From positions 283,082 to 347,081 of the forward strand of contig JAWLHK010000002.1 of NCBI GenBank assembly GCA_041690355.1: DNA of 64,000 nucleotides, given 5' to 3'. The position numbers were made by a program, and so were the translations under genes. Each line of letters starts with the position of its first letter. Within the stretch, counting starts at the first letter, position 1. This DNA is from a bacterium (lineage in GTDB: Bacteria > J088 > JAWLBW01). Of this stretch, positions 8,140 through 19,578 are shown one piece after another. Below the pieces are notes generated by a model. It did no database searches. It was not told where the DNA came from and was given only the letters and a program-made list of their open reading frames with translations.

Positions 8140-10431
8140 TCAGTTCGCGCGACTCGTCATCTCGAAGACGATCTCGCGGCTCGTGGTCAGCTCTTCGTGC
8201 TCGAGGTAGTGCCGGTTGATGCGCTTACCGTCCACGTAGACCGCGCCGACATAGATATTCTTCTCCGAAGTTCCCGGCGCGCGAATGGTGAGGGTGCGGC
8301 CATTCTCGAGGCGGATGACGGCCTTTTCGAAGATCGGCGTGCCGATCCAGTAGCGGGTCGTGGCGGGAATCGGATAGAAGCCGAGGGCGCTGAAGATGTA
8401 CCAGGCCGACAGCGTGCCGCCGTCGTCGTTGCCGTCGAGGCCGTCGGGACCCGTGCCGTAGCGGCTTTCCATGACCCACCGGATGACCGGCGCGCCGCGT
8501 TTCGGTTCGCCCCACATCGCATACAGGTAGGGGGCGTGCAGGTCGGGCTCGTTGCCGTGCCAGTAGTAGTTGTCGGGCATGCGGATATCGCCGAGATATG
8601 GCTTCGGCGTCTCCTGCGACTTCGTGAAGAAGTGGTCGAGCTTCGCCAGGGCCGCGTCGACGCCGCCGAGCAGCGTCGCCAGCTTCTCGACGTTCCACGG
8701 CACAAGCCAGAGGTACTGCCAGGCGTTGCCCTCGGTGTAATCGTCGGTGTGGTTGAGCGGGTCGAGGGCCGGTAGCGCCCAGGAGCCGTCTCGCTTTTTC
8801 GCGCGGAAAAAGCCGTTCTCCGCATCCCAGAGGGTGTCGAACGCGTCGGCCCGGTCTGCGAAGAACAGGGCGTCTTCTTCCTTGCCGATGGCCTGCGCGA
8901 ACCGGCTGATGGCAAAGTCGGCCCACATGTTTTCCTGCGTAACCGAAACGGAACCGTTGGTGTTGTCGGCGGTGCAGTGCCCGAGGGTGTTGTAATCGTC
9001 GACGCAGCGCCGCATGTTGTACGGGTCACCCCAGACGGCCGTCGAGACCATGAGCGCGTAGGCACGTTGCCAGTCGAAGTCGCGGATTCCCTTGAGATAG
9101 CTGTCTGCAATCACGATGTCGGCCGGGGTACCGATCATGGATGCCCCGTCACGGTGGGCGAAGGGCCAGCGGGGCAGGGAGCCGCGGGCGCGCCCCATTT
9201 CGACGAGTGAGCGCACGAAGTCGCGCTGATACGAGGGCGTCAGCCACGTCAGCAGCGGATGCAGCGTGCGGTAGGTATCCCACAGGCTCATGTCCGAGTA
9301 GAACTCGCTTCCGGCGTCGGCGGCGATGCTTCCGTCAAAGGCACGGTGGCGGCCGTTCACGTCGCTGTAGAGGCTCGGCATCTGCAGGGCATGGTAGAGG
9401 GCCGTGTAGAAGATTTCGCGCTGGTCGGGCGTGCCCCCTTCGACTTCAATCTGGTCGAGGCGGGTCTCCCAGACGGTGCGCGCCGCTTCGCGGATGTCGT
9501 CGAAGGTACGCCCGGCCGTTTCGACCGAGCGGTTCGCCTCGGCATCCCGGGCGCTCGTGAAGGAGATGCCGACGAAGACCTCGACCGGGGCCGACGGATC
9601 GAAGTGGAGATAGGCCCCCGTGCTTCCGCCGCTGCCGTCGGCGCGGGCGTTGATGCCGCGATCCTGGAGGGCGCCGCCGTCGGTGGTCGCGCTCCACACG
9701 CCGTACTTGCGGAAGGGCCTGCTGAAGACGGCATCCATGTAGATGGTGACGCCGCCGAAGCGCCCCGAAAAGGCGTTCCGCTGATGCAGGGAGCCGCGCA
9801 GCCGCTTCTCGCCGGGAAGGATCTCGATCTGGCTCCAGTCGACCTCGCCCGAAGAGAGCGTATGCCCGAGGTCGACCACGACGACGGCATCGGCGCCGGG
9901 GGGAAAGGTGTAGCGGTGCGCGCCGGTGCGCAGCGTGGCCGACAGCTCGGCGCGGATGGCCTGGGCCCGCTGTTCTTCATCGGCCGGATCGGAAACGCCC
10001 AGATCGACGGCGTAGTACCCCGGCTCGCCGACCTCGGCCCCGTGCGTAAAGGGGGCGCTGTATCCGCGCCAGCTCGTTTTCTCGGCGGTCATGCCGAGCG
10101 TGGGCATGAAGGTGACGTTGCCGTAATCGATGGCGCCGGTGCCGTGGACGTGCGTGTGGCTGAAGCCTTCGATGTGCGTATCGCCGTAGAAGTAGCCGGC
10201 GAAGTGCGCGAAGGTCTCCCGGCCGAAGAGTCCGCCCTGGGTGTCGGGGCTCAGTTTGACGAGGCCGAAGGGGAGGGCGGCGCCCGGGTAGCAGCTGCCG
10301 GCGCCGAACCCGGTGCCCCCCGTGCCGATGAAGACGTCGACCTCTTCGAACGGCGAGCGCCGCTCGGATTCGGGAAGCGGAGGGCAGGCGGCGAGCAGGA
10401 AAGCGAAAATCAGGAAGACGAATCGCATCAT
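8140..10431 (-). CDS. glycoside hydrolase family 92 (alpha-mannosidase-like), secreted/lipoprotein
   Basis: About 764 aa; signal peptide MRFVFLIFAFLLAAC; GH92 N-terminal signature VFIGTGGTGFGAGSCYPGAALPFGLVKLSPDT. Confidence 0.85.
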   Translation of the reverse strand: MMRFVFLIFAFLLAACPPLPESERRSPFEEVDVFIGTGGTGFGAGSCYPGAALPFGLVKLSPDTQGGLFGRETFAHFAGYFYGDTHIEGFSHTHVHGTGAIDYGNVTFMPTLGMTAEKTSWRGYSAPFTHGAEVGEPGYYAVDLGVSDPADEEQRAQAIRAELSATLRTGAHRYTFPPGADAVVVVDLGHTLSSGEVDWSQIEILPGEKRLRGSLHQRNAFSGRFGGVTIYMDAVFSRPFRKYGVWSATTDGGALQDRGINARADGSGGSTGAYLHFDPSAPVEVFVGISFTSARDAEANRSVETAGRTFDDIREAARTVWETRLDQIEVEGGTPDQREIFYTALYHALQMPSLYSDVNGRHRAFDGSIAADAGSEFYSDMSLWDTYRTLHPLLTWLTPSYQRDFVRSLVEMGRARGSLPRWPFAHRDGASMIGTPADIVIADSYLKGIRDFDWQRAYALMVSTAVWGDPYNMRRCVDDYNTLGHCTADNTNGSVSVTQENMWADFAISRFAQAIGKEEDALFFADRADAFDTLWDAENGFFRAKKRDGSWALPALDPLNHTDDYTEGNAWQYLWLVPWNVEKLATLLGGVDAALAKLDHFFTKSQETPKPYLGDIRMPDNYYWHGNEPDLHAPYLYAMWGEPKRGAPVIRWVMESRYGTGPDGLDGNDDGGTLSAWYIFSALGFYPIPATTRYWIGTPIFEKAVIRLENGRTLTIRAPGTSEKNIYVGAVYVDGKRINRHYLEHEELTTSREIVFEMTSRAN

Positions 10432-10494
10432 AGCGATGGATTCTACCATGGCGCGTCATTTCTGTAACGCGCTACTTGAGCGCCGGGCACCAGT

Positions 10495-10672
10495 CAAGCG
10501 CCGAGCGCCGAGCGCTGAGCGCCAAGGAAACAAGCACATGGGTATTTTCGGTACTTTCCGGTAAATCGTCAATCGTCAGTATGCGCAACCTCTCGCTGTC
10601 GACTCCGGCCCTGCCTTCGTCGGTCAGCTCGAGGCGAACGGGAATGTCACTCGTCACTCGTAACTCGTAACT
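10495..10672. repeat. mosaic intergenic element, forward orientation (AGCGCCG module 10495-10527, AATCGTC units 10563-10579, TCACTCG array 10647-10672)
   Basis: Same module order and internal unique sequence as the reverse-oriented element at 566-745. Confidence 0.8.
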
Positions 10673-10754
10673 TCGCGGAGCGCTCCCCCTTCCCCCCTTG
10701 GCAAGGGGACGCACTACAATAGGGAAGCGTGAACGCCGCCTCGAGGAGTTACCG

Positions 10755-11456
10755 ATGAAGAAATGGAAGACCCTGCCCCCCAACATCCGCCTCCGGCTCG
10801 TCGAACCGGGCGGCCATGCCTACGAATTGCCCCTGCTTCCGGCTGTGCTCGGGGGACCCGGGGCCGACATCGTGCTCGACCACCCGACGGTTTCGGCCGA
10901 ACACGCGCGCATCGAGCTGGCCGGCGGGGTGCTCGTGGTGCGCGACCTGGCTTCGCGCAAGGGGACCTGGGTGAACGGGCGCCGCGTGGGAGACGACCTG
11001 CGCGCGCTCGAACACGGCGACACGCTGGCGCTGGGCTCGGCCCTGCTGCGGGTGGATCTGCAGTCGGTGGCGCGTCAGCAAGGGCGCCGGGCGGTGGCGC
11101 CGCTGGCCGAAACCGTGCCCGCGGGCCACGAGGAGGCTCAGGAGGCGCACCGGTGGAGCACGGCCCGCAGCGTCTGGCTCGTGGTCAACTCCGGCGGCGG
11201 ACAGCAGCGGTTTCTGCTCGATCGCCCCGTGCAGACCATCGGCCGCCTGGCCGACATCCGCATTTCCGATCCCGCCTTGTCGCGGAAGCACCTCCAGGTT
11301 GAGATCCACCCCGATCGCGTCTGTCTGAAAGACCTGGCGAGCGCGAATGGAACCTATGTGGACGGCCACCGCATCTCCTACCTGGAGGTGGATGGAGAAG
11401 TGACGTTTTCGGCCGGCTCGGCCACGTTTCACCTCGTCGCCAACCAGCGCGCCTGA
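10755..11456 (+). CDS. FHA domain-containing protein (two FHA domains)
   Basis: Start at MKKWKTL with gaggag RBS; two FHA-like modules (…GTWVNGRRV… and …GTYVDGHRI…). Confidence 0.8.
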   Translation: MKKWKTLPPNIRLRLVEPGGHAYELPLLPAVLGGPGADIVLDHPTVSAEHARIELAGGVLVVRDLASRKGTWVNGRRVGDDLRALEHGDTLALGSALLRVDLQSVARQQGRRAVAPLAETVPAGHEEAQEAHRWSTARSVWLVVNSGGGQQRFLLDRPVQTIGRLADIRISDPALSRKHLQVEIHPDRVCLKDLASANGTYVDGHRISYLEVDGEVTFSAGSATFHLVANQRA

Positions 11457-11478
11457 GCCGGACGCCGTTCCCGGAAAC

Positions 11479-11506
11479 AAAAAAGGGCGCCTGCGGGCGC
11501 CCTTTT
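11479..11506. terminator. bidirectional intrinsic terminator between the FHA gene and grx
   Basis: aaaaaa + GC stem gggcgcc / ggcgccc with tgcg loop + tttt. Confidence 0.6.
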
Positions 11507-11526
11507 CCAACCCGTGTGCAACCGGG

Positions 11527-11841
11527 TCAGACGCCGGCCATCTTCGCCAGGTCGCCGCTGGCGGCCATCTGCTGCACGATGTCGTTGCCGCCGACGAATT
11601 CACCGTTCACGTAGAGCTGGGGAATCGTGGGCCAGTTGGAGAAGTCCTTGATCCCCTGGCGCAGGGCCTCGTCGGCCAGCACGTTGCGGGCGGCAAAGGG
11701 GATGCCGAGGCGCTTCAGCGTCGCCACGGTGGCCGCCGAGAAGCCGCACATGGGCTGGTCGGGGGTTCCCTTCATGTAGAGCATGACTTTGTTTTCCTGG
11801 ACGTCCTTGGAAATCATGTCGAATACCGGATTCTCGGCCAT
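11527..11841 (-). CDS. grxD: Grx4-family monothiol glutaredoxin
   Basis: 104 aa with CGFS active site (PMCGFSAAT). Confidence 0.9.
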   Translation of the reverse strand: MAENPVFDMISKDVQENKVMLYMKGTPDQPMCGFSAATVATLKRLGIPFAARNVLADEALRQGIKDFSNWPTIPQLYVNGEFVGGNDIVQQMAASGDLAKMAGV

Positions 11842-11879
11842 GTAAGCCTCCTCTAGGAAAAAGAAAATTCAGACGGAAC

Positions 11880-12116
11880 TTAATCGGATGCCATCGTGGT
11901 CAGGGCCAGGGCGTGAATCGGAGCGTGCGAGCCCTGGATGTACTCGTTGAGCGCGCCGTAGACCATCTGATGCTGCTTGACCAGCGTGAGCTCCTTGAAT
12001 TGCGGCGCCTTGATGGTGGCGGCGAAGTGGTCGCCGGTGCCGGTCGTGTCGACGACGTTCACCCGGGCGCCCGGGAGCGCAACTTCAATCAGTTTCTGGA
12101 CTTCTTCAGTCGTCAT
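11880..12116 (-). CDS. BolA family protein
   Basis: 78 aa from MTTEEVQKLIEVALPGARVNVVDTTGTGDHFAATIKA; the track ORF is overextended upstream. Confidence 0.85.
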   Translation of the reverse strand: MTTEEVQKLIEVALPGARVNVVDTTGTGDHFAATIKAPQFKELTLVKQHQMVYGALNEYIQGSHAPIHALALTTMASD

Positions 12117-12200
12117 GCATCCTCTGTCGGGGGGTGAAAGGCCATATTGTACCAAATTGGTGCGAATTCGGGGAGGGAAGCGTCGAGCGTCAAGCAACCA

Positions 12201-12236
12201 AGAAAAAACCCCGGCCGCCGTGGGGCGACCGGGGTG
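12201..12236 (-). terminator. putative intrinsic terminator downstream of the H+-PPase gene
   Basis: On the minus strand: GC-rich hairpin (ccccggtcgcc / ggcggccgggg) followed by a T-run. Confidence 0.5.
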
Positions 12237-12258
12237 CAATGGTGCGGACGGGCCGCGC

Positions 12259-14736
<2,478 letters not shown>

Positions 14737-15011
14737 CGTTCGAACTCCAGGTTTCGAATGGGTAAGGGAAGTCGGGTCGCAGGCGCGCCGCCGCAGCCGG
14801 GGGGCAGGGTGGAAAAACTGAGCGCCAAAAAGCAGTTAAACGGCCTAGTATAGCAGCAAACCGGGTGGCTGTAAAGCAATCGGCCTGAGGATGGGACGGG
14901 GCAAACAAAGCGGGCTGTCAACCCCTCGCCGATGTGTTTTTCGGATCGCCCCCGGCGCCCGGAAGGGAGCCGGTAGTCTGAGAGTGGACGTTTTTTCCAT
15001 GGAGGAATTCT

Positions 15012-15308
15012 ATGAAAGCGAAGTTCTGGATAGCTTCCGCCGCGGCTCTCGTGCTGGGTACGGCCGGTTTCGCCCAGGCAGCCGGCGGCGACAAGGAACA
15101 CGAAGGCATGGAGGGTCAGCAGACCGAAGAGATTCTGATTCCCGCCCCGGGCGAGGCCACGGCCGGCACCGAAGAAACGCGCGTCCCGATGGAGGGCGAA
15201 GAAGGGATGCAGGACCCGGGGCTGCAGCAGGACGAGGTGATTCAGGAAGACCTGGCGCCTGAAGAGGGCGCGACCGGCGCCGAAGAGTCCGACGGCATGA
15301 ACTACTGA
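15012..15308 (+). CDS. small secreted acidic protein (hypothetical)
   Basis: 98 aa; signal peptide MKAKFWIASAAALVLGTAGFAQA; ggagg RBS; followed by a terminator. Confidence 0.5.
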   Translation: MKAKFWIASAAALVLGTAGFAQAAGGDKEHEGMEGQQTEEILIPAPGEATAGTEETRVPMEGEEGMQDPGLQQDEVIQEDLAPEEGATGAEESDGMNY

Positions 15309-15328
15309 TCAGCCGGATACGAAGCATG

Positions 15329-15369
15329 AAAAAAGCGGAAACCGGCCGGTCCGGTTTCCGCTTTTTTTT
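15329..15369. terminator. bidirectional intrinsic terminator
   Basis: A-run, stem gcggaaaccgg / ccggtttccgc, T8; lies between the 15012 gene and the 3' end of tRNA-Val. Confidence 0.65.
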
Positions 15370-15375
15370 CGAAGA

Positions 15376-15450
15376 TGGTGGGCGATGTAGGGATCGAACC
15401 TACGACTTCCACCGTGTGAAGGTGGCACTCTCCCGCTGAGTTAATCGCCC
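15376..15450 (-). tRNA. tRNA-Val (anticodon CAC)
   Basis: Minus-strand read GGGCGATTAACTCAGCGGGAGAGTGCCACCTTCACACGGTGGAAGTCGTAGGTTCGATCCCTACATCGCCCACCA folds as a cloverleaf: 7-bp acceptor stem, D and T arms, anticodon loop TTCACAC, encoded CCA. Confidence 0.9.
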
Positions 15451-15510
15451 GAGTGCATGCAGGAATCGAAAATTGTAGCAGCCCCTTTCGGAATGATCAA
15501 TGGGGCCGCT

Positions 15511-15649
15511 GCCAAGCGCTGAGCACCGAGCGCCCATGAGGAACGAGAAACGTGATCAAGGTTCTTGCCTGGATTCGTCACTCGTCACTCGTAACTCGTA
15601 ACTCGGCACTTGCATAAATCGTCAATCGTCAATCGTAAATTGTAAATTC
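15511..15649. repeat. mosaic intergenic element (AGCGC module 15511-15535, caaggttcttgcc 15557-15569, TCACTCG array 15573-15606, AATCGTC array 15616-15649)
   Basis: Tandem heptamers as in the other elements; the AATCGTC array overlaps the last codons of the 15622..16008 gene. Confidence 0.8.
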
Positions 15650-16008
15650 TCCGGCTCCGCCGCCGCCGCCTCGATGGTTCCGCCCGGGGCCACCAGATAG
15701 AACCCGGCATCCCCGTCACCGTACTCCCCGGACGGATCCGACAGCAGCGGCGCCTGGATGCCGAACCGGTCGCACAGCGCGCGCGCTTCGGCTGGTTCGG
15801 CCGCCACGATCAGATAGACGTTCACGAAATCTTCGAGCAGCCAGTGGGCCACGCGCGCGGCCGCGGCTTCGAGCAGGCGCTCCTGTCTCGCACGGGGAAC
15901 AATGCCGACGACCGTGTGCCCGCGGGCGAAGATTTCGGCCAGATCGATGTTCCCCCCCTTGCTCGAAGCCAGACGGCGGGCGGGAAACGGCGTGCGGACG
16001 GCAATCAT
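15622..16008 (-). CDS. hypothetical protein with degenerate thioredoxin/peroxiredoxin-like segments (no CxxC)
   Basis: 128 aa from MIAVRTP; APLLSDPSGEYGDG and FYLVAPGGTIE resemble peroxiredoxin motifs but no catalytic Cys is present; C-terminal ENLQFTIDD is encoded by the heptamer array. Confidence 0.4.
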   Translation of the reverse strand: MIAVRTPFPARRLASSKGGNIDLAEIFARGHTVVGIVPRARQERLLEAAAARVAHWLLEDFVNVYLIVAAEPAEARALCDRFGIQAPLLSDPSGEYGDGDAGFYLVAPGGTIEAAAAEPENLQFTIDD

Positions 16009-16151
16009 TGGAGGGCGCTCGGGAAAGAGGTTCGTTCCGTTCCAGTATACGGAATTCCACCCGCGGTCGCCGCCGGAGGAGCGACGGTCGTGCATACTTT
16101 CGCTGCGGCGGGCGGGCGGCCGATTTGTCCGGGCATCCCCGCCGCGCTATC

Positions 16152-17396
16152 ATGACTGGCATGACAGCCTGGCAGGGAAAACAGGTTCTTCTCGGGGTGA
16201 GCGGCGGGATCGCCGCCTATCGCGCCGCCGAACTGGTGCGCCTTTTCGTCAAGGCCGGGGCGAGCGTGAACGTCGTCATGACGCGCAACGCCACCGAGTT
16301 CATCACGCCGCTCACGATGCAGACCCTGAGCGGAAATCCCGTACTTACGGACACCTTCGACCGGGAACAGGGAGCCGACATCAAGCATGTCTCGCTCCCC
16401 GACGAGGCGGATGTGATCGTGCTCGCGCCCGCCACGGCCAACCTCATCGGAAAGCTTGCGAACGGCATCGCCGACGACCTGCTGACGACCGCCCTGCTCG
16501 TGGCCCGCTGCCCCATCGTCATGGCGCCGGCCATGAACGTGCACATGTGGGATCACCCCGTCGTGCAGGAGAACCTCGCCCGGGTTCGCCGTATTCCCGG
16601 CCTTCGCGTCGTGGAACCCGTGGAGGGGCTGCTTGCCTGCGGCTGGGAGGGAAAGGGGAAGCTGGCGGAGCCGGAGGCCATTTTCCGGGCGGCGGGCGAG
16701 GCCCTGCGTCCTCGGGATCTGAGCGGCCGCAGCCTGGTGCTCACGGCCGGGCCGACGCGGGAATTCCTCGATCCGGTCCGCTACCTTTCGAATCCGTCCA
16801 CCGGCAAGATGGGGCTCGCCATCGCCGAGGCCGCCGCCGTGCGCGGGGCCGACGTGACCGTCGTGCTCGGGCCCACCGCCGAGAAGCCTCCGGCCGGGGT
16901 GCGCGTCCTTCGGGTCGAATCGGCCGCCGACATGTTCGAGGCCGCGCGCGCGGCCTTCGCAGACGCCCAGGTGTTCATCGCCTCGGCTGCCGTCGCCGAT
17001 TACACGCCGGCGGTGCGCGAAGACCGTAAAGTGAAGAAAAGCGAGGGGGATGTCGACGTACGCCTGACGCGCACGACCGACATCCTCAAGACGCTTGCCG
17101 CCGACAAGGGTGAGCGGATCGTCGTCGGCTTCGCGGCCGAGACGAACGACGTGGTCCGCTACGCGCGCGAGAAGCTTGTCGCCAAGAACTGCGATCTGGT
17201 CGTCGCCAACGACGTCACGGCGCCCGGAAGCGGGTTCGCCGTCGACACGAACCGGGCGATTCTGGTCGAACGGGAAGGCGAGACCGAGCTACCCCTGCTG
17301 ACCAAGCGTGAGATCGCCGACCGTATTCTCGATCGTGTCGTCGAGCTGCTTGCGCAGGGCGGCCGGATCGAGCGCCCTGAGCGCCACCGCGCCTGA
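16152..17396 (+). CDS. coaBC: bifunctional phosphopantothenoylcysteine decarboxylase / phosphopantothenate-cysteine ligase
   Basis: 414 aa from MTGMTAWQGK; flavoprotein N-domain (VLLGVSGGIAAYRAAEL) and CoaB C-domain (LVLTAGPTREFLDPVRYLSNPSTGKMG). Confidence 0.9.
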   Translation: MTGMTAWQGKQVLLGVSGGIAAYRAAELVRLFVKAGASVNVVMTRNATEFITPLTMQTLSGNPVLTDTFDREQGADIKHVSLPDEADVIVLAPATANLIGKLANGIADDLLTTALLVARCPIVMAPAMNVHMWDHPVVQENLARVRRIPGLRVVEPVEGLLACGWEGKGKLAEPEAIFRAAGEALRPRDLSGRSLVLTAGPTREFLDPVRYLSNPSTGKMGLAIAEAAAVRGADVTVVLGPTAEKPPAGVRVLRVESAADMFEAARAAFADAQVFIASAAVADYTPAVREDRKVKKSEGDVDVRLTRTTDILKTLAADKGERIVVGFAAETNDVVRYAREKLVAKNCDLVVANDVTAPGSGFAVDTNRAILVEREGETELPLLTKREIADRILDRVVELLAQGGRIERPERHRA

Positions 17397-17397
17397 A
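17318..17397. repeat. 80-bp direct repeat, copy 1 (3' end of coaBC)
   Basis: Matches 21988-22067 with 4 mismatches in 80 bp; encodes the CoaBC C-terminus on the plus strand. Confidence 0.85.
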
Positions 17398-17417
17398 GTC
17401 ACGGGCATAGGTTCGGC

Positions 17418-18308
17418 TCAGCGCCGTTTGCCCTGGCTCTCGAGATCCGAATCGTCCTCGTCGTCGGGGTCCTCCGGATCCTCCTCTTCATCGTCTCGGT
17501 CATCGTCGTCCGGCTCGCCGGGCGCTTCGGGGTCTTCATCGTTGATGCGGGGCTGCTGATCCTGCGATCGGGCGCGAATTTCCTCCACCGCTCGCGTTTC
17601 ACCCGCGCGCTCCTGCAGCTCGTCGCGCTGCAGTGCATCGGCCGCATCCCGGGCAGGGTGAGCCGGCCGGCTGAACCCGCGCATGGCGTGGAGCCAGGAG
17701 TCAAAGGCAGACCCCTTCAATGCCTCCGGCTGCACCGCAGCCAGGTCTTCACCCGAGACGAGGCCGGCCGCCAAGGCCCGCGCGGCGGTCCGGGTCGCGT
17801 CGTCCATCTGGCCGGGGCGCAGTGCCGCTCTCAACTGCGTCTTCACGAAGGCTACGGCTTCGCCCTCGCCGGCGCCGGCCGCATTCAGGACGCCGGTGGC
17901 GTACAGAGCAGACTGCATGCGTTGCGCGTCGCCGGCCAGAGCCTGAAGATCGGCAACGGTCGCTGCCGACAAGCCGCCGGCCATGGCCGTCAGCGCCGCC
18001 TGCTGCACGGGGCGTGCCGCTACGGCTCCGGGGGCGGCCTTCTGCAGCGCGGCAAGCCGAGCCCGCTGCAGTTGCAGCGCTTCGACGAGCCGGACTGCCG
18101 GAACCCGCTTTGCGACACCTTCGAGCGCCTTTTGTCGCAGCGGTTCGGTCGGCAGGCCGTCGTTCTCGGCGGCATCGAGGAGCGCCTGTACGCGGGCAGC
18201 CACCTCGCGCGGATAGCCGCTGCGGGCGAGTCGATCGGCAAGTCTCTCCTCGCCCCACGCAGACGGGATGGAAACCAGCAGCAAGAGGATGGTGGCGATT
18301 GTTTTCAC
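17418..18308 (-). CDS. secreted Ala-rich protein with poly-acidic C-terminal tail (hypothetical)
   Basis: 296 aa; signal peptide MKTIATILLLLVSIPSAWG; C-terminal D/E-rich tail. Confidence 0.55.
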   Translation of the reverse strand: MKTIATILLLLVSIPSAWGEERLADRLARSGYPREVAARVQALLDAAENDGLPTEPLRQKALEGVAKRVPAVRLVEALQLQRARLAALQKAAPGAVAARPVQQAALTAMAGGLSAATVADLQALAGDAQRMQSALYATGVLNAAGAGEGEAVAFVKTQLRAALRPGQMDDATRTAARALAAGLVSGEDLAAVQPEALKGSAFDSWLHAMRGFSRPAHPARDAADALQRDELQERAGETRAVEEIRARSQDQQPRINDEDPEAPGEPDDDDRDDEEEDPEDPDDEDDSDLESQGKRR

Positions 18309-18691
18309 GGTGTCCTCTTCTCTAACGGTCGAGCCGCCTCGGAGTCACCGCCCGGCGGAACCAGGAGTACGGCGTTGCGGCCGCCAAAGTCGTCTTGCTC
18401 GTACCAGTCGAAATCGACGGGCGGCGCACTCCCCGCAGGGCCCAGGCAGTGCAGCCGATACACACCGGGCGGCGGCGACGCAAACTGCAGACGCCAGCCC
18501 GCGCGAGTCTCGCGGCTTTCGAGCAGAGAAACCGGTCGCCATGCCGAAAAGTCAGCCAGCAGCTCCGGTCTGCCTCCCAGGGCCGGGCACGTGACTTCCC
18601 AGGCCGCGCCCAGCGACTCGGGGCGTGCCTCACGGTAGCAGCCGGTGACCGCGGTTGCGGCTAGAACCAGTAGAGCGGCGCGAATTCCCAT
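18305..18691 (-). CDS. lipoprotein (hypothetical)
   Basis: 128 aa; lipobox LAATAVTGC; overlaps both neighbours. Confidence 0.5.
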   Translation of the reverse strand: MGIRAALLVLAATAVTGCYREARPESLGAAWEVTCPALGGRPELLADFSAWRPVSLLESRETRAGWRLQFASPPPGVYRLHCLGPAGSAPPVDFDWYEQDDFGGRNAVLLVPPGGDSEAARPLEKRTP

Positions 18692-19566
18692 AGCAGCCGG
18701 GCGGTTGCCCTTTCATAGGAAAAGACGTTCGAGTGGTTGCGCATCGCGGCGGCTGACAGCGTGATGCGATGGGAGGCGGCAACGCGTTGATCGAACCGTG
18801 CATAACCCGCCACCCGTGCGTCGGCCCGTCCCGAGCCATAGTCGCGCACACGGTAGGCGGCCGTGAGCGATGCCGAGGCCCCCCGCCAGAGTGGCGCCGC
18901 GAGGCCGCCGCGCACAGACCAGCCATCGTACCGGTAGACGGCTTCGTCTTCAACGCTGCGGGCGAGGCCGGCCGCCACGGGCACGGCGAGCCACGACAGG
19001 ACCCGCCAGCGCAGGCGCGCTTCGGCGCGGTGTTCGGTGTCGCGTCTCGGATCCAGGTTCGCCGCAGCATCGGCCGTAAGCCGCGTGCCGGCGAAAAGAG
19101 CGCCTTCTACCGGTGCGTCCGGCGCCCACGTGAAAAGTCCTTCGACCTGGCCCCCGTAGGACGTGCGGCCGCCCACCAGCCGTGCCGCCCGGTAGCGGTA
19201 GCCCGCCACAGAGAGGTCGAGCCGCGTTCGCAGGCTGGTCAGAAACGACCACCCCAGCCCCCCTTCGTAAAAGAAGGACGCACCCGGTGAGGCGGTCGGA
19301 GACGACAGCGCCGTGAGTTCTTCACCCTGCGCCGAAACGTCGACGGCCAGCCGGTGCCGCAACCCGGGCACCCAGACGGCCGTCCATCCGACTTCGCCGC
19401 CGGCGATGCCCACGGCGGTCGCGTCCGTCGCGGCGAAGTCATAATTCGAGTCGACGGCCGCCTGCAGGCCGATGCGCGGCCCCGTGGCGAAGACCGGCCC
19501 GTCGGCATGGGCGCGTGCTGCGGGGGCGCCGAGGAGCGCGAGAAGAAGTATCGTTCGCAACAACAC
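18661..19566 (-). CDS. putative outer-membrane beta-barrel protein
   Basis: 301 aa; signal peptide; alternating hydrophobic pattern; C-terminal aromatic residue (…PLYWF). Confidence 0.5.
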   Translation of the reverse strand: MLLRTILLLALLGAPAARAHADGPVFATGPRIGLQAAVDSNYDFAATDATAVGIAGGEVGWTAVWVPGLRHRLAVDVSAQGEELTALSSPTASPGASFFYEGGLGWSFLTSLRTRLDLSVAGYRYRAARLVGGRTSYGGQVEGLFTWAPDAPVEGALFAGTRLTADAAANLDPRRDTEHRAEARLRWRVLSWLAVPVAAGLARSVEDEAVYRYDGWSVRGGLAAPLWRGASASLTAAYRVRDYGSGRADARVAGYARFDQRVAASHRITLSAAAMRNHSNVFSYERATARLLWEFAPLYWF

Positions 19567-19578
19567 GCAGAGGCGACC

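Noticed and set aside
15573-15606. Sigma-54-like GGCAC/TTGCA element near the TCACTCG array
   Set aside because: GGCAC and TTGCA are directly adjacent (ctcggcacttgcat) rather than separated by the required spacer, so it does not fit a -24/-12 promoter.
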